A stretch of DNA of 51,964 nucleotides, counting the filler, from Sphacelaria rigidula (lineage: Eukaryota): assembly GCA_964200075.2 (NCBI GenBank). It is 4 parts of 4 records of this genome, joined end to end, with 100 filler letters (N's around TTAATTAATTAA, not from the genome) between each part and the next. Parts side by side here need not be neighbours in the genome. Positions count along the whole stretch, not along the records: positions 39,051 to 51,964 come from CAXNAA020003311.1; 3 more parts are not named here. One strand, given 5' to 3'. Below are positions 49,701 through 51,964 of this stretch, one piece after another (the first letter of the stretch is position 1; every line of letters begins with the position of its first letter). The position numbers were made by a program, and so were the translations under genes. The notes under the pieces were generated by a model. It saw only the letters and a list, made by a program, of their open reading frames with translations. It did not search any database and was not told the DNA's origin.

Positions 49701-51890
49701 CGGACTGGACCACATCGCCTTCAGGTTCCGGACTACCAACCCAAGCGCCAAAAGAGCCGCCATGCACGACGCCAACCAGCTCGACTTCACCGGATCGTAC
49801 CGCCGCGGCTTCGCCTTCACCGCGGATGCCCCAGGTTTCGGCTGAACACGCATGGGCTCCACGCGCGCAGGGGTATCACCTCGCAGCGCACGACGAAACG
49901 CGTTGACGCAGCGATGCAAGATGCCGCGCAGGCGTTCCGCTTTGGGGACGCTGAGACCTTTCGCCACAGCATCCGTCACGCTCTCCTCCAGCGCGACCTT
50001 CCCCTCTTCCGCCGGGTCCATGCACATGTCCGGGCCACGCTCCACCAAGAGTTCCACCGCCGCATCCCGCTCCTTGGTCACCTGCTCCCCACACTCCTAA
50101 AGCATCCACTGACAAGCTCACGCGACGACTGCCCAAGCAGGCGGGCGTCTCCACGTGCGGACCAGGCGGAGACATCAGCGTCTTGATGGAGTCCTTCAAC
50201 CGCTCATAGGGGTCGACTCCTAGATCCTAAAGCGTCGGCAACCCCAGAAGAACAACGCCATCCGACCCCGGCATAATCGCAAACGAGATCGGAGGCAACA
50301 GCGCCAGCCCCCAAGAAGTCTTGAAAGATCGCTGCAACGGAGCAGTACGCTCCGTGACGGCAACATGCTGACCCGACGCGGTGATGGCCTGCCGCGCCCC
50401 GAGCGAAAACGGGATGCGCAGCGGCACACCCGGGAGAAGACGCTCCAGCATGTCCAGCATTTGCACCGACAGACTAGTGAAATGGGTGCCAGAATCCAAC
50501 ATAGACCGAACCATAATGGCTCCACACTGCCGTTGATTCGGAAGACATAACTCCGCAGGAATGTATCTGCCCGCAAACTCCACCGGCACGTCGTCCGCCG
50601 ACCGATGCGCCGCTAATCCCACTCGACGCCACGGCTGCGCAAGCTGCGCAGGCGAAGACGCGCCGGCAGGTTCAAACGGCACCACCGGCGGGTATGACTC
50701 CCAGTCAGCAGACCAAGATTTTGGCAAACCTCCGACCAGCGCATCAACAGGCATCACGCCTAGCGCTGCTGCCGGTGTCGCCGCCAGCGCCACCACTGGC
50801 GCCGGCGCAGTGTTTCGACACTGTAGAATTCGGTGCTACCTGCACTGCCCGTTGCGGAGCAGCAGCACCTACGGCGGCGCCAGATCCAGAACCATGCCCA
50901 TGCTGACGCCGCTGCCCCTGCTGCTGCTGTTGCTGAGGACTCAACTTCAACTCCCCATCGCCGGGGGATCCGCCGCTGCCGCCACCACCCCAGTTACCTC
51001 ATCTTTTGTCCTTGTGCTGACGATGCTGATGGCGCGCGGCATGAGACTGCCCAGACTCTCCACCGGAATACGTTGGACAATCGCGCGCGTAATGGCCAAC
51101 CTGGCCACAGCGGTGGCAAGCAATACTCGCGGCGCGACCGACCGATTTCGAGTCATGGTTGCGCAAAGATTTCGGCGAGGAGGTGGACGACTGGCCGAAC
51201 ACCTCTATTTTCCGCCACTCCTTGGCCTCGGCCACGACGGTGTCTATCACCAGGTAGGGGTCTGCCTTCCAGTCTGTTTGGTGCGGCAACTTTACAAGCA
51301 CGGTTTGCTTGAATTTCACCGGTGTCAACCCCTCTACCAAAACCTTAATGATTACTGCAGCCGGGCCGGGAATGAACTCACCATCGAGGGAACGATATAC
51401 TGGTTCCACGTTCGGGTTTTCCGTGAGGTATTTCTCCAAATTTGACAAGATGGACTCCACTCGCTCGAACACCGTATTTCCCCGAGAATCCATGGCGACA
51501 TCTTTCGCCACGGCCGCGGACGCTTGGGTCAGCTCCACCTCGGCGCCCGCCGCATGCCCAGCATAATTTTTTATCGCCGCAACCAATTGCGTCGGGGTGA
51601 TTGTGCTCTCATTCTGTTTCAGACGAGCAAACGCTCTCTGCACATGAGTTGGCACTTGTTGGGCCATTGACACCACCTGATGCTGCACAGCAACCCCTGC
51701 ATTAGCGTGCTTCACACAATTCTTGTACTTCAGATGCTTGGTATACAAATTGCGAGATGCACTCTCTGAGCACCCATCCGCGTATTGAGGAGGTAGCAAC
51801 TTTTCCCGCATGACCACGGGTGTCACGGTGGACTTACCACGTGAGCCGGTAGCCGTAGATGTAGCTGTAATCGGCTATCTGCGAACCTTT
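46787..51890 (-). mobile_element. Gypsy-3: decayed gag-PR-RT-RNaseH-integrase-chromodomain
   Basis: CHRCGQVGHYARDC; MLDSGT; KLDLLQGYWQ, VPQGVLNA, I*VDDV; FPDAS; CLNC, NDT, NGTCERM; VDWVGFEVDDRTWEP. The 5' end is interrupted by repeat X. Confidence 0.95.
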
Positions 51891-51964
51891 AACAGCAAAT
51901 TGTGCGAATTGAGGTTTGACTCTGAATTGAGGCTCAAGTGGGCAATCCGACTTGCGAACTGTTT
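51891..51964 (+). mobile_element. Terminus of repeat X (putative end B), truncated by contig end
   Basis: First 48 nt match end A at 38883 (42/48), then diverge completely. Confidence 0.75.

Noticed and set aside
50561..51445. Long + strand ORFs over Gypsy, LINE and YR regions (also 49542-50186, 47403-47981, 424-954)
   Set aside because: Antisense shadows of GC-rich TE coding sequence with no motifs.
1..51964. One giant element bounded by the inverted repeats at both window ends
   Set aside because: The termini point outward and lie on different, artificially joined contigs.

Overview
Repeat-rich eukaryotic DNA. The GT-AG introns and the transposon types suggest a brown alga or other stramenopile (inference). 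The window is not one locus. It is four segments (1-12918, 13019-25935, 26036-38950, 39051-51964; lengths 12918, 12917, 12915, 12914) joined by identical 100-nt N44-TTAATTAATTAA-N44 linkers, i.e. size-sorted unplaced contigs. Host genes: the last three exons of an FKBP-type PPIase (minus strand) and probable exons of a RING-finger gene. Mobile elements: three decayed RTE-like LINEs and orphan LINE 3' tails, one DIRS/Ngaro-type tyrosine-recombinase retrotransposon, three Ty3/Gypsy elements with recognisable LTRs (two retain chromodomain integrases), and a Gypsy protease remnant. Unexplained structure: a young putative TIR element whose ends sit at three contig breaks; three long inverted-arm (foldback-like) structures; a 79-bp ultra-conserved core inside otherwise diverged arms; and a 41-bp palindromic tandem array. 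No intact novel protein-coding system could be supported; the best leads are non-coding or transposon-structural.
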